Source: a virus
Length of the DNA: 64,000 nt
Virus record (IMG/VR): IMGVR_UViG_3300006175_000004
Location: 1 to 64,000 of that record
Strand: one strand, 5' to 3'
Shown here: positions 1-8,490 of the stretch, piece by piece
Numbering within the stretch: the first letter of the stretch is position 1
Layout: each line of letters starts with the position of its first letter
Made by a program: the position numbers and the translations under genes
Notes under the pieces: model-generated
What the model was told of the DNA's origin: nothing
What the model saw: only the letters and a program-made list of their open reading frames with translations
Databases searched by the model: none

Positions 1-412
1 TCGCCTGATCAGTCGTGCAAAGGAAAATGTAAATCCACGGCGGTGGCTCTTCCAAGGATTTCAACAGCGACGTGAATGCCTGTCTCGTCAGCGCGTGGAC
101 TTCATCAATGATGACCGCCTTGGTCTGACCGTCCAAAGGCTGATACCGGAAATCGTCGGTGATTTCCCGCATGTCTTCGATGCCGGTATATTTGGCTGCG
201 TCGACTTCCGTCACATCCTGCTTCAGGCGACAGCCCATTTCTACAGCGGCAATCCGGGCAAGCGTGGTCTTGCCCACCCCGGACGGCCCTGACAGAAGGT
301 AGGCGTGATTGAGCTTCTGCTTCAGGGATGCCCGGAATGAGCGAACCAAAACATCCTGCCCGATAACGTCCGCCCAAGTCGCCGGGCGATATTTATTGTA
401 AAGCGATTCCAT
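1..412 (-). CDS. dnaX: DNA polymerase III gamma/tau-like clamp loader ATPase (3' end outside window; not in ORF track)
   Basis: Manual translation from ATG at 412: MESLYNKYRPATWADVIGQD...AYLLSGPSGVGKTTLARI...EVDAAKYTGIEDMREI...VIIDEVHAL...SLLKSLEEPP; KYRP, Walker A, DEVH and LLKxLEEPP are DnaX signatures; TGATG overlap with upstream gene. Confidence 0.93.
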   Translation of the reverse strand, partial: MESLYNKYRPATWADVIGQDVLVRSFRASLKQKLNHAYLLSGPSGVGKTTLARIAAVEMGCRLKQDVTEVDAAKYTGIEDMREITDDFRYQPLDGQTKAVIIDEVHALTRQAFTSLLKSLEEPPPWIYIFLCTTDQA

Positions 413-600
413 CAAACGTGCTCCATGATTCGGCCATCGGGCGTCAGGCAAACCGATGCGCGGCCCAAATTGACAATGTGCCCGCCTTGGGCGGCGCACG
501 CCTTCTTGTAACGATTAACATCCGCTGACAGATAAAATGCTAACCACACAATGAAACACAACGCAGCAACGGGTATAAAACGCGCGACCCACTTCATCAT
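412..600 (-). CDS. Small membrane protein
   Basis: MMKWVARFIPVAALCFIVWLAFYL hydrophobic N-terminus; start overlaps the methyltransferase stop. Confidence 0.6.
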   Translation of the reverse strand: MMKWVARFIPVAALCFIVWLAFYLSADVNRYKKACAAQGGHIVNLGRASVCLTPDGRIMEHV

Positions 601-1823
601 TTGCTCCCTTCGATGGCTTCTGTTGCTTTGTGCGGGTCGCCCTTGCAGAAGATCAAGCAATACTGGTGGGACCGCCCAAGCTTCCGCGATCCTGAGAATT
701 GCTTTCCTACTCTGATCGACAGCGACCCAACGGCGGTGATCAGCACCGCGTCATTGTAAAGCCGGAGCCCCGCCTGCTCGAAAGCGTAGATCGTTTCAGG
801 CACCAACCCAGCGCAGTAACCATTCTTCTTGTCGCGCACTTCGCCCACCACGAATGCAGCAAAGCGGTTCTTCTTCAGCCGTGAACATGACGCCTTGATA
901 ATCTGCTCGTAGGCATCGCAAAACTTGTTCCACGACAGATTGGACAGGTCGGCTGGATCGTCGCTGTATTGCTCGAGGTTCCAATAGGGCGGGCAAGAGA
1001 AGACAGCGTCCTGACTTTCCTTCGCGACCACATTGGCGACGTCGCGAGCATCGCAGCAAACCCACCCCGGCATGGGCTTTTCGCAGATATCCTTCGCCTG
1101 CTGCTTGTTCGCGTCGATCTGCTCCTTTCGCAGATCACAGCCGAGATACTTGAAGCCCAATCGGGAAGCGACAATTCCGCGCACTGATCCGCCCGCGAAA
1201 GGATCAAGGATTTGCCCGCCCTTGGGAACAAACCACCGGTAGAACATTTCGCACAGCACAGGATCGAAGATCGATGTGCCGGTTTGCGATGCAGCACCAC
1301 CTTCTGTGCCATCATACGGGTGAATGGTCGTGCCGAAACTCAACCCGTTCTTATGCGATGCTGACTGCTTGCTGCGATATGGATCGGTGGTGGTATTGAA
1401 GGTCAGCCCGCCCCGCAGATTTGCGGTCTGTTTGCCCGTGGTGCCATCGCCACGTTTGTAGCCTTTGTCGGTTTTGAAAAGCCACGCAGAATTCTTGCCT
1501 GACCCGCCACCCGGTATGGCCTTCTTGTTTTTGAATTCACCCTGAAGCGTTCCCGGCCCACCAGTGTTGAATGACGCGGCCTTCTTCGCCCGCTTCTTCG
1601 CATCAGGCTCGAGCACCGTATCGGAAAACTTGAGCAAATTTTCGCCTCGCCCGATCTCGCTTCTGATACCCAAAGACAACCACGCAATCTTCCGGGCTTG
1701 CCATTCACCCGATCTGCAATCGAGCACGGTGAATGGCGGCAGGCCGAATCGCTGCGACAAGGCCCCGGCCCCGCCTTCGACGAAGACTTCACCTTCCGCA
1801 AACAAGTCCTTGTATTCGGTCAT
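597..1823 (-). CDS. DNA amino-methyltransferase (N6-adenine/N4-cytosine type fold)
   Basis: SAM-binding ILDPFAGGSVRG and catalytic-type SCPPYW motifs; ATGA coupling to the polymerase stop suggests start at 1823. Confidence 0.85.
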   Translation of the reverse strand: MTEYKDLFAEGEVFVEGGAGALSQRFGLPPFTVLDCRSGEWQARKIAWLSLGIRSEIGRGENLLKFSDTVLEPDAKKRAKKAASFNTGGPGTLQGEFKNKKAIPGGGSGKNSAWLFKTDKGYKRGDGTTGKQTANLRGGLTFNTTTDPYRSKQSASHKNGLSFGTTIHPYDGTEGGAASQTGTSIFDPVLCEMFYRWFVPKGGQILDPFAGGSVRGIVASRLGFKYLGCDLRKEQIDANKQQAKDICEKPMPGWVCCDARDVANVVAKESQDAVFSCPPYWNLEQYSDDPADLSNLSWNKFCDAYEQIIKASCSRLKKNRFAAFVVGEVRDKKNGYCAGLVPETIYAFEQAGLRLYNDAVLITAVGSLSIRVGKQFSGSRKLGRSHQYCLIFCKGDPHKATEAIEGSK

Positions 1824-4387
1824 GCTGCTGCCTTCCATGTATCAGTGCGGTAGACCGCCGCTTCCTGTTTCTCGTACAGATTGTTCCATACCGAGCATTC
1901 GACCACCAATGGCACATTCAAGAAATCGTAGTTCACCGACATCAATGTATCGACGGTCTTGTAAGCTAATTTGTCAAAGTGCTCTTCAGGGAAGATCATC
2001 CCGAAGTCATCGTGGATTTCTAGGATCGGCTGCAGGTCCCAATCTTCCTGCTCCGAAAGCTTGTTCATTCCGTCGATCACAATGTCGCACGCGAGCCCTT
2101 GCGGCAGCGTGTTGTAAATTTGATTAGGCGAAAGTGGTGCCCTGCGCCTGCGCCCCATCAGATTCTCTAGGTAGCCGGTCTTCTCATAGAACTTCTTCAC
2201 CCGCTCCTGCCATTTGCGCACCCCGGAGAAGGTGTCCCAAAACTCGTCATACAATGCGCCGCACAATTCCACCGGCACGCCCACCTGCCGGGCAGCGGTA
2301 TCCAATTGCGCCCCGAAGAACAGCGCGAAGACCCACCCGCCTTTCACCTTGGCATTGCGAAAAGTCTTCATCGCCTTTTTGTCTTCCAAGAACTTTTCGC
2401 CACCGACAGCGCGTGGATAGACGTAGGCAAGCTTGCCCGCCCATTCGCCGTGAACATCGTAGCCATCCCAAAGGGACTTCACGAAAGCCTTGTCCTGCGA
2501 TTCCATCGCAATACAGCGAGCTTCGATCTGTCCATAGTCGACCGAGAAACCCACGTAGCCGGGCGGGGCAATGATCTGTTTGCGAACCTTCTTCCCTTCA
2601 TCGTCACGAATCGGAATGTTCTGCTCATTCGGGTCTTCGGATGTCAGCCTTCCGCTTTCCGCGTAGTTGATGTTCAGCAGTGGGTGCAGCCTGCCATCAG
2701 GGTAGACAATCGGGCTGTCCTTGGTCCAAATGTATGTCGATAGCAACTTGTTCGGTTTCTTGTATTCCAGAATGCGCTTCGCAATGGGCCGCTTGATCGA
2801 CAAAAGGACAGCTTCGGTGGCTTTGTACCCGCCATTCTTCTGCCTGCCCTGTGGAAGCTGAAGCACGTCGCGAAACAGCTTCACCGCATCATCAGGCGAA
2901 AGCGGGTTGAATTCCCGCCGGTATTCCTTCTTGAAAAGCTTGGCGTCCGGATCGCCCGCAATGGCAGCGGCAGCGCCGACAAGCTGTGATTCAAGACCCG
3001 CTTTTTGCTTGCGGGCTTCAGCGTCGTCAATCGGCACGCCCTTGATTTGCGTCAGCACCACAGTTGGTGCCCGGCGAATGTGCCACCGGTAGAATTTGAA
3101 CAGCCCTTCGGCCTTCAGTCGCGCGGCCTGCTGATCGAAAAGCAGCCGGTGATATTTCGCATCGACGCCATTATAAAGCAGCACGTCGTCCAACGGCTGA
3201 TCCGCAATCTTGGTGGTATCAACATTGGTCAGCGTTTTGATGTTGACCCCGAAGTATTGCAGCGTGAGAAAGCCCAAGCCTAAACAGCTTCGGTCCTTCC
3301 GCTTGTCCTTCTCGTCGATCTTCGCGCCAACGCGCTCGTCAAGGATCGCGGCCTGCGACATGCTGCAGTCCCACTTCCCTTGCCGCAGCATGAAGCGACC
3401 GAACTTCACCCCGATCCATTCCATCTCGAAGGGCAGGTTGTGGACAATCTTGCGACATTTGGAGATGAAGAATTCGTGCACCGCGTCTTGGATCAGCCGA
3501 AACACATCCTTCGGCCACGGATGCTTTGGGTGATCGAAGGGAAAGGCAATGGTCTTGTCGTGAAGCGATATCGCCATCGTGCAAATGTGCGCACCCTTCC
3601 GATAAGGGCGCAGGACCGATGTCTCAAAGTCCAAGCCCGCCTGATCGGCTGTGCAAGCCCGCTCTAAAAACTTGATGATCCTTTCCGCAGCGCGGGGCAT
3701 ATCGGGGGTAATAATTTCCACATCGTCGAAGACCTGCTTCTTGGAATGCACCGCAGGATCAGGCAGCGATTCCACTTCATCGAATGCGTGTCGCAAATCC
3801 AATCCGAAGACGAAACCTTGCGCGGAATTTTCCCCACCTACCCGAAGCACGCCCGATGGATGCAGCATCGGATAATACCAGCAGGTATGCTTGCCGATCT
3901 GAATTGGCAGCCTGCGGCCCCGCCACTTGACAATCCCGGCCTGTCCTTGCGCCAATGCGTGGCCAATCGCCCAAGACAGGGGCACATTCCCCATTCCGAA
4001 GATCGCTCGGGGCTTGGTCTTCTCGATATCGCGCACAATGGAAGGGCGGCAGCATTCAATGGCGATCTGATCCGGCGTTTCGTTATCGGCAGGCCGAGTT
4101 CGAACGACATTGTTCCAACGGATCGCCACCCCATCCGGCACATGATACCGAAGCAACTGCCCGGATCGCCCTACGAACTGCTTGCCTTCGTAATCCTCAT
4201 CAGCGCCGGGTGCTTCGCCCAAGATATAGACCAAGGGCTTCCCCGATCCTGAAGCGGGCATGTGCGGGTTTGCATTGTCCTTGATCTTGTTCAGCGGACA
4301 CGCCTTGCATTCCATCTTGTGATACAGGTCGATGGATTGCTGCTCTTTGTCGACTTGTGGTTTCACATCAGCAAAGGACCATCCCAT
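1820..4387 (-). CDS. Family A DNA polymerase with N-terminal uracil-DNA glycosylase-like domain and 3'-5' exonuclease
   Basis: N-terminal CKACPL...GEAPGADED...FVGRSG...HPS (family-4 UDG motifs); exonuclease DFET, HNLPFE, YNGVD; polymerase motifs GRLTSEDPNEQNIP, DYGQIEAR, EIHDD. Confidence 0.95.
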   Translation of the reverse strand: MGWSFADVKPQVDKEQQSIDLYHKMECKACPLNKIKDNANPHMPASGSGKPLVYILGEAPGADEDYEGKQFVGRSGQLLRYHVPDGVAIRWNNVVRTRPADNETPDQIAIECCRPSIVRDIEKTKPRAIFGMGNVPLSWAIGHALAQGQAGIVKWRGRRLPIQIGKHTCWYYPMLHPSGVLRVGGENSAQGFVFGLDLRHAFDEVESLPDPAVHSKKQVFDDVEIITPDMPRAAERIIKFLERACTADQAGLDFETSVLRPYRKGAHICTMAISLHDKTIAFPFDHPKHPWPKDVFRLIQDAVHEFFISKCRKIVHNLPFEMEWIGVKFGRFMLRQGKWDCSMSQAAILDERVGAKIDEKDKRKDRSCLGLGFLTLQYFGVNIKTLTNVDTTKIADQPLDDVLLYNGVDAKYHRLLFDQQAARLKAEGLFKFYRWHIRRAPTVVLTQIKGVPIDDAEARKQKAGLESQLVGAAAAIAGDPDAKLFKKEYRREFNPLSPDDAVKLFRDVLQLPQGRQKNGGYKATEAVLLSIKRPIAKRILEYKKPNKLLSTYIWTKDSPIVYPDGRLHPLLNINYAESGRLTSEDPNEQNIPIRDDEGKKVRKQIIAPPGYVGFSVDYGQIEARCIAMESQDKAFVKSLWDGYDVHGEWAGKLAYVYPRAVGGEKFLEDKKAMKTFRNAKVKGGWVFALFFGAQLDTAARQVGVPVELCGALYDEFWDTFSGVRKWQERVKKFYEKTGYLENLMGRRRRAPLSPNQIYNTLPQGLACDIVIDGMNKLSEQEDWDLQPILEIHDDFGMIFPEEHFDKLAYKTVDTLMSVNYDFLNVPLVVECSVWNNLYEKQEAAVYRTDTWKAAA

Positions 4388-5415
4388 TACGGCGTCACCG
4401 CTACGACATAGCCACTGGTCTTATCCGGCATGACGACAAAGCATTCTTCAGTAATCAGGAATCGAGCGCCCTTCGCCAAACCCTTCTGAACCCGCTCGGT
4501 CATCAGGAATACCGACACAGCCGGGTGCTTCTGGTCGAGCGCCATCTTTTCGTTCAGTTCCCCGGCAGCAATGTTGATTGACAGAAGCAACAATTCACCG
4601 GCGATCTCAAACGCGACCTTTTCCGCCGCATCACCGATCAGAACCTTCACCCGATCCAAGGCCGGGCGAAGCTTACTCGGAATATCCACCGACTTGGACC
4701 AAGCCTTGTCAGGCAACAGCCGTTTCAGATTGCCGACAAAATCCGGCGCTGCTTCAGGATCAAGCAGCCGGGAAAAGATGCGGGTGCCATTTGGAGCGAC
4801 CGCCACCACGCTATCGTCATACACAAACAATTCACCTTCATCACCACAAATAGAAATCACCTGCTCGCAGAAGGGCAGCGGCAAAACCAGCTTGTCAGTG
4901 AATGGGTGCTTCTTCCCAAGCGGAAGGTCCGCCCATGCAACAGTCGCCCGATCTGTCGCATAGACCCCGAGCGTGTCACCCTTGGGAATGAAGCAAACAC
5001 CGAAGTCTTCCTTCGCGGCAAGCTTCATGTGGGCCAGAGCAGCCGGAAAGTCAGCCTTAAAGGCCCACGGAGCCGTGTCGTCGCCTTCAGGGAAAGCCCA
5101 ATAGGCGTCAGCCGGGGGAAGGATAGGCAACCGGGAACGATGGCCCGACAATTTCAGCCCCAAATGATCCTTGCCTTCGGTTATTTCGGCCTTCTTGGCG
5201 AGGGACTTGTCGACCAATCCAAGCAGCAGCGTTCCGGTCAACCCGCCCTTGAAATCAGTGGCCAAGGGCACCTCGATCCCGATGACATCATTGTACGCGG
5301 TCACATGCTTCCCATCGAACCAGAAGCACAGAAGCGCGGTAATAGTGGTCTTCGTTCCCAATCCGGCTTTCGCGACCTTCAGGGCTTCCAACAAAACTTT
5401 TCGCTCAATAATCAT
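4387..5415 (-). CDS. Beta sliding clamp-like protein
   Basis: 342 aa; IERKVLLEALK N-terminus, YATDR, FSRLL.....PDF pattern of DnaN; lies beside the polymerase and DnaX-like gene. Confidence 0.8.
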   Translation of the reverse strand: MIIERKVLLEALKVAKAGLGTKTTITALLCFWFDGKHVTAYNDVIGIEVPLATDFKGGLTGTLLLGLVDKSLAKKAEITEGKDHLGLKLSGHRSRLPILPPADAYWAFPEGDDTAPWAFKADFPAALAHMKLAAKEDFGVCFIPKGDTLGVYATDRATVAWADLPLGKKHPFTDKLVLPLPFCEQVISICGDEGELFVYDDSVVAVAPNGTRIFSRLLDPEAAPDFVGNLKRLLPDKAWSKSVDIPSKLRPALDRVKVLIGDAAEKVAFEIAGELLLLSINIAAGELNEKMALDQKHPAVSVFLMTERVQKGLAKGARFLITEECFVVMPDKTSGYVVAVTP

Positions 5416-5618
5416 TCGTGTTCCCCTATCGAGTCGACTATTTCTTCTGCCAATTTTCCGAACACATCAACCGCATGATGACACGGTCGATTTCGCACTG
5501 GACCAAGTTGGTCAAGGCAAATCGCGGCGCACGTACCTTGGCCCGTTTCGAACTTCCCACTTTTACAAAGCACCAAAGCTACCCGCCTAATTCTGTCACT
5601 CATCCCTGTTCCTTTCAA
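5412..5618 (-). CDS. Small Cys/His-containing hypothetical protein
   Basis: ORF coupled by 4-nt overlaps to both neighbours. Confidence 0.55.
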   Translation of the reverse strand: MKGTGMSDRIRRVALVLCKSGKFETGQGTCAAICLDQLGPVRNRPCHHAVDVFGKLAEEIVDSIGEHE

Positions 5619-6379
5619 AGCACGTTAAAGAAAACAGCACCACGTGTGTGGCCGTGCCGCTGCATGAATTCCCAAGCCTTCCGGTCATAGTTGGGACAGG
5701 AATTGAATGGGGCCTCGAACCTGGTCTCCCTAGCAAAGTCATACGGACTGGTTTCCACGGTGACATTGGCCGGGAACTTCTGCGCACCGTGTCGGCTTTT
5801 CAGACCCACAGCTACCGCACGGATTTCAGATTCGGGAAAAGCCTTCCCCAAACAGCGAGCGAGCATTCCCGACCCCATCGCGCACCAGATTTCAGGCGGA
5901 TCACCGCCGAGCCGATTGCAAAGCCGGTGCGATAGAAAATTGACGAACGGTTCTTCCGCATCCGGAACGTCAAAGCCTAAGTGCAGGAATTGAGCGTCGA
6001 CCTTTTCGGCATAGGCCCGCGCCTTGGCCTGAACATTGGTCATGTATCCGGGGCGAACGAACTGCAGATTGGCCCCGTTCCTTCGTGCTGCCGTCTGCCG
6101 GGGGTGCAATTCAGCCCGCGCTGCATAAAACAGCGTCACCTTCTGATTTAATCGCTTCCCGATTTCAGACAGCGCGAAAGCTGCCCCACCGCAGAATGGC
6201 CCGCCATATACCAGTTCACGCCCTTCTTCGATGATGTAGGGAAGGAAGCGCATCTTGGCCCCGCCCGGCAACAGGTCTTCACGAACGACATCAACCCGCC
6301 CCCACTTACCCTTGTGCTCCTGAATGACCGGTCGGGTATCCATTAGAAACCGCAACCGTCGATATGGCTTCTCGCTCAT
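5615..6379 (-). CDS. PLP-dependent enzyme, fold type II (cysteine synthase/TrpB-like)
   Basis: VVREDLLPGGAKMR (Schiff-base Lys), GGAAFALS, IWCAMGSGMLA phosphate-binding loop, YDRKAW. Confidence 0.8.
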   Translation of the reverse strand: MSEKPYRRLRFLMDTRPVIQEHKGKWGRVDVVREDLLPGGAKMRFLPYIIEEGRELVYGGPFCGGAAFALSEIGKRLNQKVTLFYAARAELHPRQTAARRNGANLQFVRPGYMTNVQAKARAYAEKVDAQFLHLGFDVPDAEEPFVNFLSHRLCNRLGGDPPEIWCAMGSGMLARCLGKAFPESEIRAVAVGLKSRHGAQKFPANVTVETSPYDFARETRFEAPFNSCPNYDRKAWEFMQRHGHTRGAVFFNVL

Positions 6380-6492
6380 GGCCTACCTTTTCGTTTGAAA
6401 ACAGTTGGAGCATACCCAATCAACCAAAAGAAAAAGAATGATCCCGCAATCCACGCAAATACAACAACCATCACCCAATCGAATGCTGTCAT
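6376..6492 (-). CDS. 38-aa membrane peptide (not in ORF track)
   Basis: Manual translation MTAFDWVMVVVFAWIAGSFFFFWLIGYAPTVFKRKGRP; ATGA overlaps at both ends. Confidence 0.6.
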   Translation of the reverse strand: MTAFDWVMVVVFAWIAGSFFFFWLIGYAPTVFKRKGRP

Positions 6493-7247
6493 TTTGGTTT
6501 CTCCATCAGCAGCGACGGTTTCCAATACGCATCCAACCCCTTCTTCAAAGCTGCTAGTGCGGTGCCCCGCTTCAGGCGAAGCATGTAGTCAAGTTGCTCG
6601 GGATAATCATCGAAGATGACCACCTGAACCACCACGCCCGCGATTGATACCACCGAGCCGGTGGAAAGGTGGCCCACGACGTGTTTGCTCGCCGCTGCAT
6701 ACCACGGCGTATAAACATCGCGGTGATGCCGCCAAGTTTCCTCGCCTATCACATCCACCGGCGCTGAAGCCCGACCCCTTGGACTTCCACCTTCCATGCT
6801 GCGATTACCAATCACAAGGAATTTTCCAAAGGCTTCCCACACATCCCTGATTTCATCACAGACGGACTCTTGCTCACCGGACAGTCGCTTCGATCTGTTT
6901 TTGTATTTGGCAATCCATGTCAGCGAATCCAGACGGGGCTCCTTCGGCTGCCATTCATTCCCGGTCTTCTCCAATGCCTTGGTCAGCGCAGCGCATTCGA
7001 TAGACTCGTGGCCGAATTGGGCGAAGGATTCCGCCCGGAAGGCCAAGGCGAAGCGACTGACAAATTCCCGCGATGTAGCGTCTGATTTGACCGCCAAATA
7101 TCGGACGCAAAGTTGCTCGATAAACTCGAACAGCTTAGGCGAAACCACAGCCTGCAGTTCCACTGTGACTTGCTTGGCATTCCGGGCCTTTTTGGCCCCT
7201 TTCAGCAAACGGCGCTCATCGCGCGTCTTGTCCTGATTTGCTTGCAC
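6489..7247 (-). CDS. Hypothetical protein, possibly transcription regulator/antiterminator-like
   Basis: 252 aa, GTG start with GAGGGAG SD; C-terminal helical pattern (VVVQVVIFD...ALAALKKGLDAY) resembles Q-like proteins of alphaproteobacterial phages. Confidence 0.45.
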   Translation of the reverse strand: MQANQDKTRDERRLLKGAKKARNAKQVTVELQAVVSPKLFEFIEQLCVRYLAVKSDATSREFVSRFALAFRAESFAQFGHESIECAALTKALEKTGNEWQPKEPRLDSLTWIAKYKNRSKRLSGEQESVCDEIRDVWEAFGKFLVIGNRSMEGGSPRGRASAPVDVIGEETWRHHRDVYTPWYAAASKHVVGHLSTGSVVSIAGVVVQVVIFDDYPEQLDYMLRLKRGTALAALKKGLDAYWKPSLLMEKPK

Positions 7248-7295
7248 TTTTGGGACTCCCTCTGTCCTACATACTTTCGGTCACTCAGGCCCCTA

Positions 7296-7301
7296 ATTAT
7301 A
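7296..7301 (-). promoter_or_regulatory. Consensus -10 box (TATAAT) in divergent intergenic region
   Basis: TATAAT on the minus strand ~50 nt upstream of the 7247 start; no canonical -35 found. Confidence 0.4.
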
Positions 7302-7349
7302 CCGCCCGTATGTAGAGGGTGATGGGCGGGAATGGGGTCGTTCGTGAAA

Positions 7350-7672
7350 ACCTCTCCCACCGCCAATCAAGGGATGTCTTCCCGGCCTCGGGAAGCCAAG
7401 TGGGATCGGGTGACGGCCAGCCAACATCCTAGCGTGCGCTACTGGTGGGAATGGGACAAAGCGCGAGACTCGAGACCTGAAAGCGGAAGCGAGGTCCCAC
7501 AGCGGTGAATGCAGCGTTGGCCGCTGATAGCTTGTCCGAGACTCCTACCCGAGCTGCATCGGGGAATGGATGACGGGTGACGTCCGAATTATACGATGTC
7601 GCTTCCGTCTTTGTGGTCCGCTCCCATTAGGGTACTTCGGTACTCCAGTGGGAAGCGGACGCTTTGACGGAT
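7350..7672 (+). ncRNA. Candidate structured non-coding RNA 1
   Basis: Nested complementary helices across an ORF-free region, G-U pairs favouring the + strand, cUUCGg tetraloop at 7635-7640. Confidence 0.6.
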
Positions 7673-7673
7673 T

Positions 7674-7726
7674 CTGAACCGATTGCCGATTGTCAAACTA
7701 GACTGAACCTCAACTGAACTGAACCT
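7674..7726 (+). repeat. Short direct repeats CTGAAC x4
   Basis: ctgaacc (7674), actgaacct (7702), actgaac (7713), ctgaacct (7719). Confidence 0.5.
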
Positions 7727-7729
7727 CGC

Positions 7730-8245
7730 GTGCGTGAGGAATACCGAAGTGGAAACAGCAAAGGAGAATTACCTGTGGAAAGACGACTACCGAAAACCAG
7801 TCTCGGTCCGACTGTTGCTCAGCAAGACAAAGCAATGGATCGAATGAAGGGTAAGACCAAATCAGTGGTCAAACCCACCTATCTTCAAAAGGTCAGGGAA
7901 AATTATGATCCCGATGACAAACTCGTGTTGCAGGCCGCGAAAGCACCAAAGCCCCAAGATGTGCAATCAACGCCGATGAGCGACGGATACAGCCCGCAAA
8001 GACAACATGTCACATGGTTCGAAGGAATCAAGCTCGGCCTGCAATATCGCAGGAAGAAGCTTTCAGACGGGGAAGCCCGCCGCTATTTCATCGGCTATGT
8101 GCAAGTGGCGTATGTTCGCTTCCATGATGGCGGGAAGATTATGGTCTGCGGGATTCATCAGGATCGCGCATACGACCGGGAATTTGAATCGGAAGAAGCG
8201 GCCCACAAATACATCGTGGCCGAACTGAAAGGGACAGCGGTATGA
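7730..8245 (+). CDS. Hypothetical protein (start uncertain)
   Basis: 171-aa ORF, stop overlaps next ATG. Confidence 0.6.
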   Translation: MREEYRSGNSKGELPVERRLPKTSLGPTVAQQDKAMDRMKGKTKSVVKPTYLQKVRENYDPDDKLVLQAAKAPKPQDVQSTPMSDGYSPQRQHVTWFEGIKLGLQYRRKKLSDGEARRYFIGYVQVAYVRFHDGGKIMVCGIHQDRAYDREFESEEAAHKYIVAELKGTAV

Positions 8246-8490
8246 CCATCGAATTCCCGGCACTAAATGATGACCTGCGAGAAATCTTGGGGAAGCCCAA
8301 TTTTTGGTGCGGTCCCATCGCCCACGCGGCCCGCAACGATGGTGCAGAAATAAAGCCCAAAGCTGAAGACGAACAGGCATTCGTGCTACACCTGATGCTG
8401 ACTTACTATTTTCGCGATCCGATCACTTGGCGTGATGCCTTTGGTGCGGAATTGGTTCGCCTGTCTAAATTGGAAAGGCTGATGAGATGA
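8242..8490 (+). CDS. Conserved phage hypothetical protein (P22 Eaa-like C-terminal domain)
   Basis: LREILGKPNFWCGPIA...KAEDEQAFVLH motif. Confidence 0.6.
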   Translation: MTIEFPALNDDLREILGKPNFWCGPIAHAARNDGAEIKPKAEDEQAFVLHLMLTYYFRDPITWRDAFGAELVRLSKLERLMR

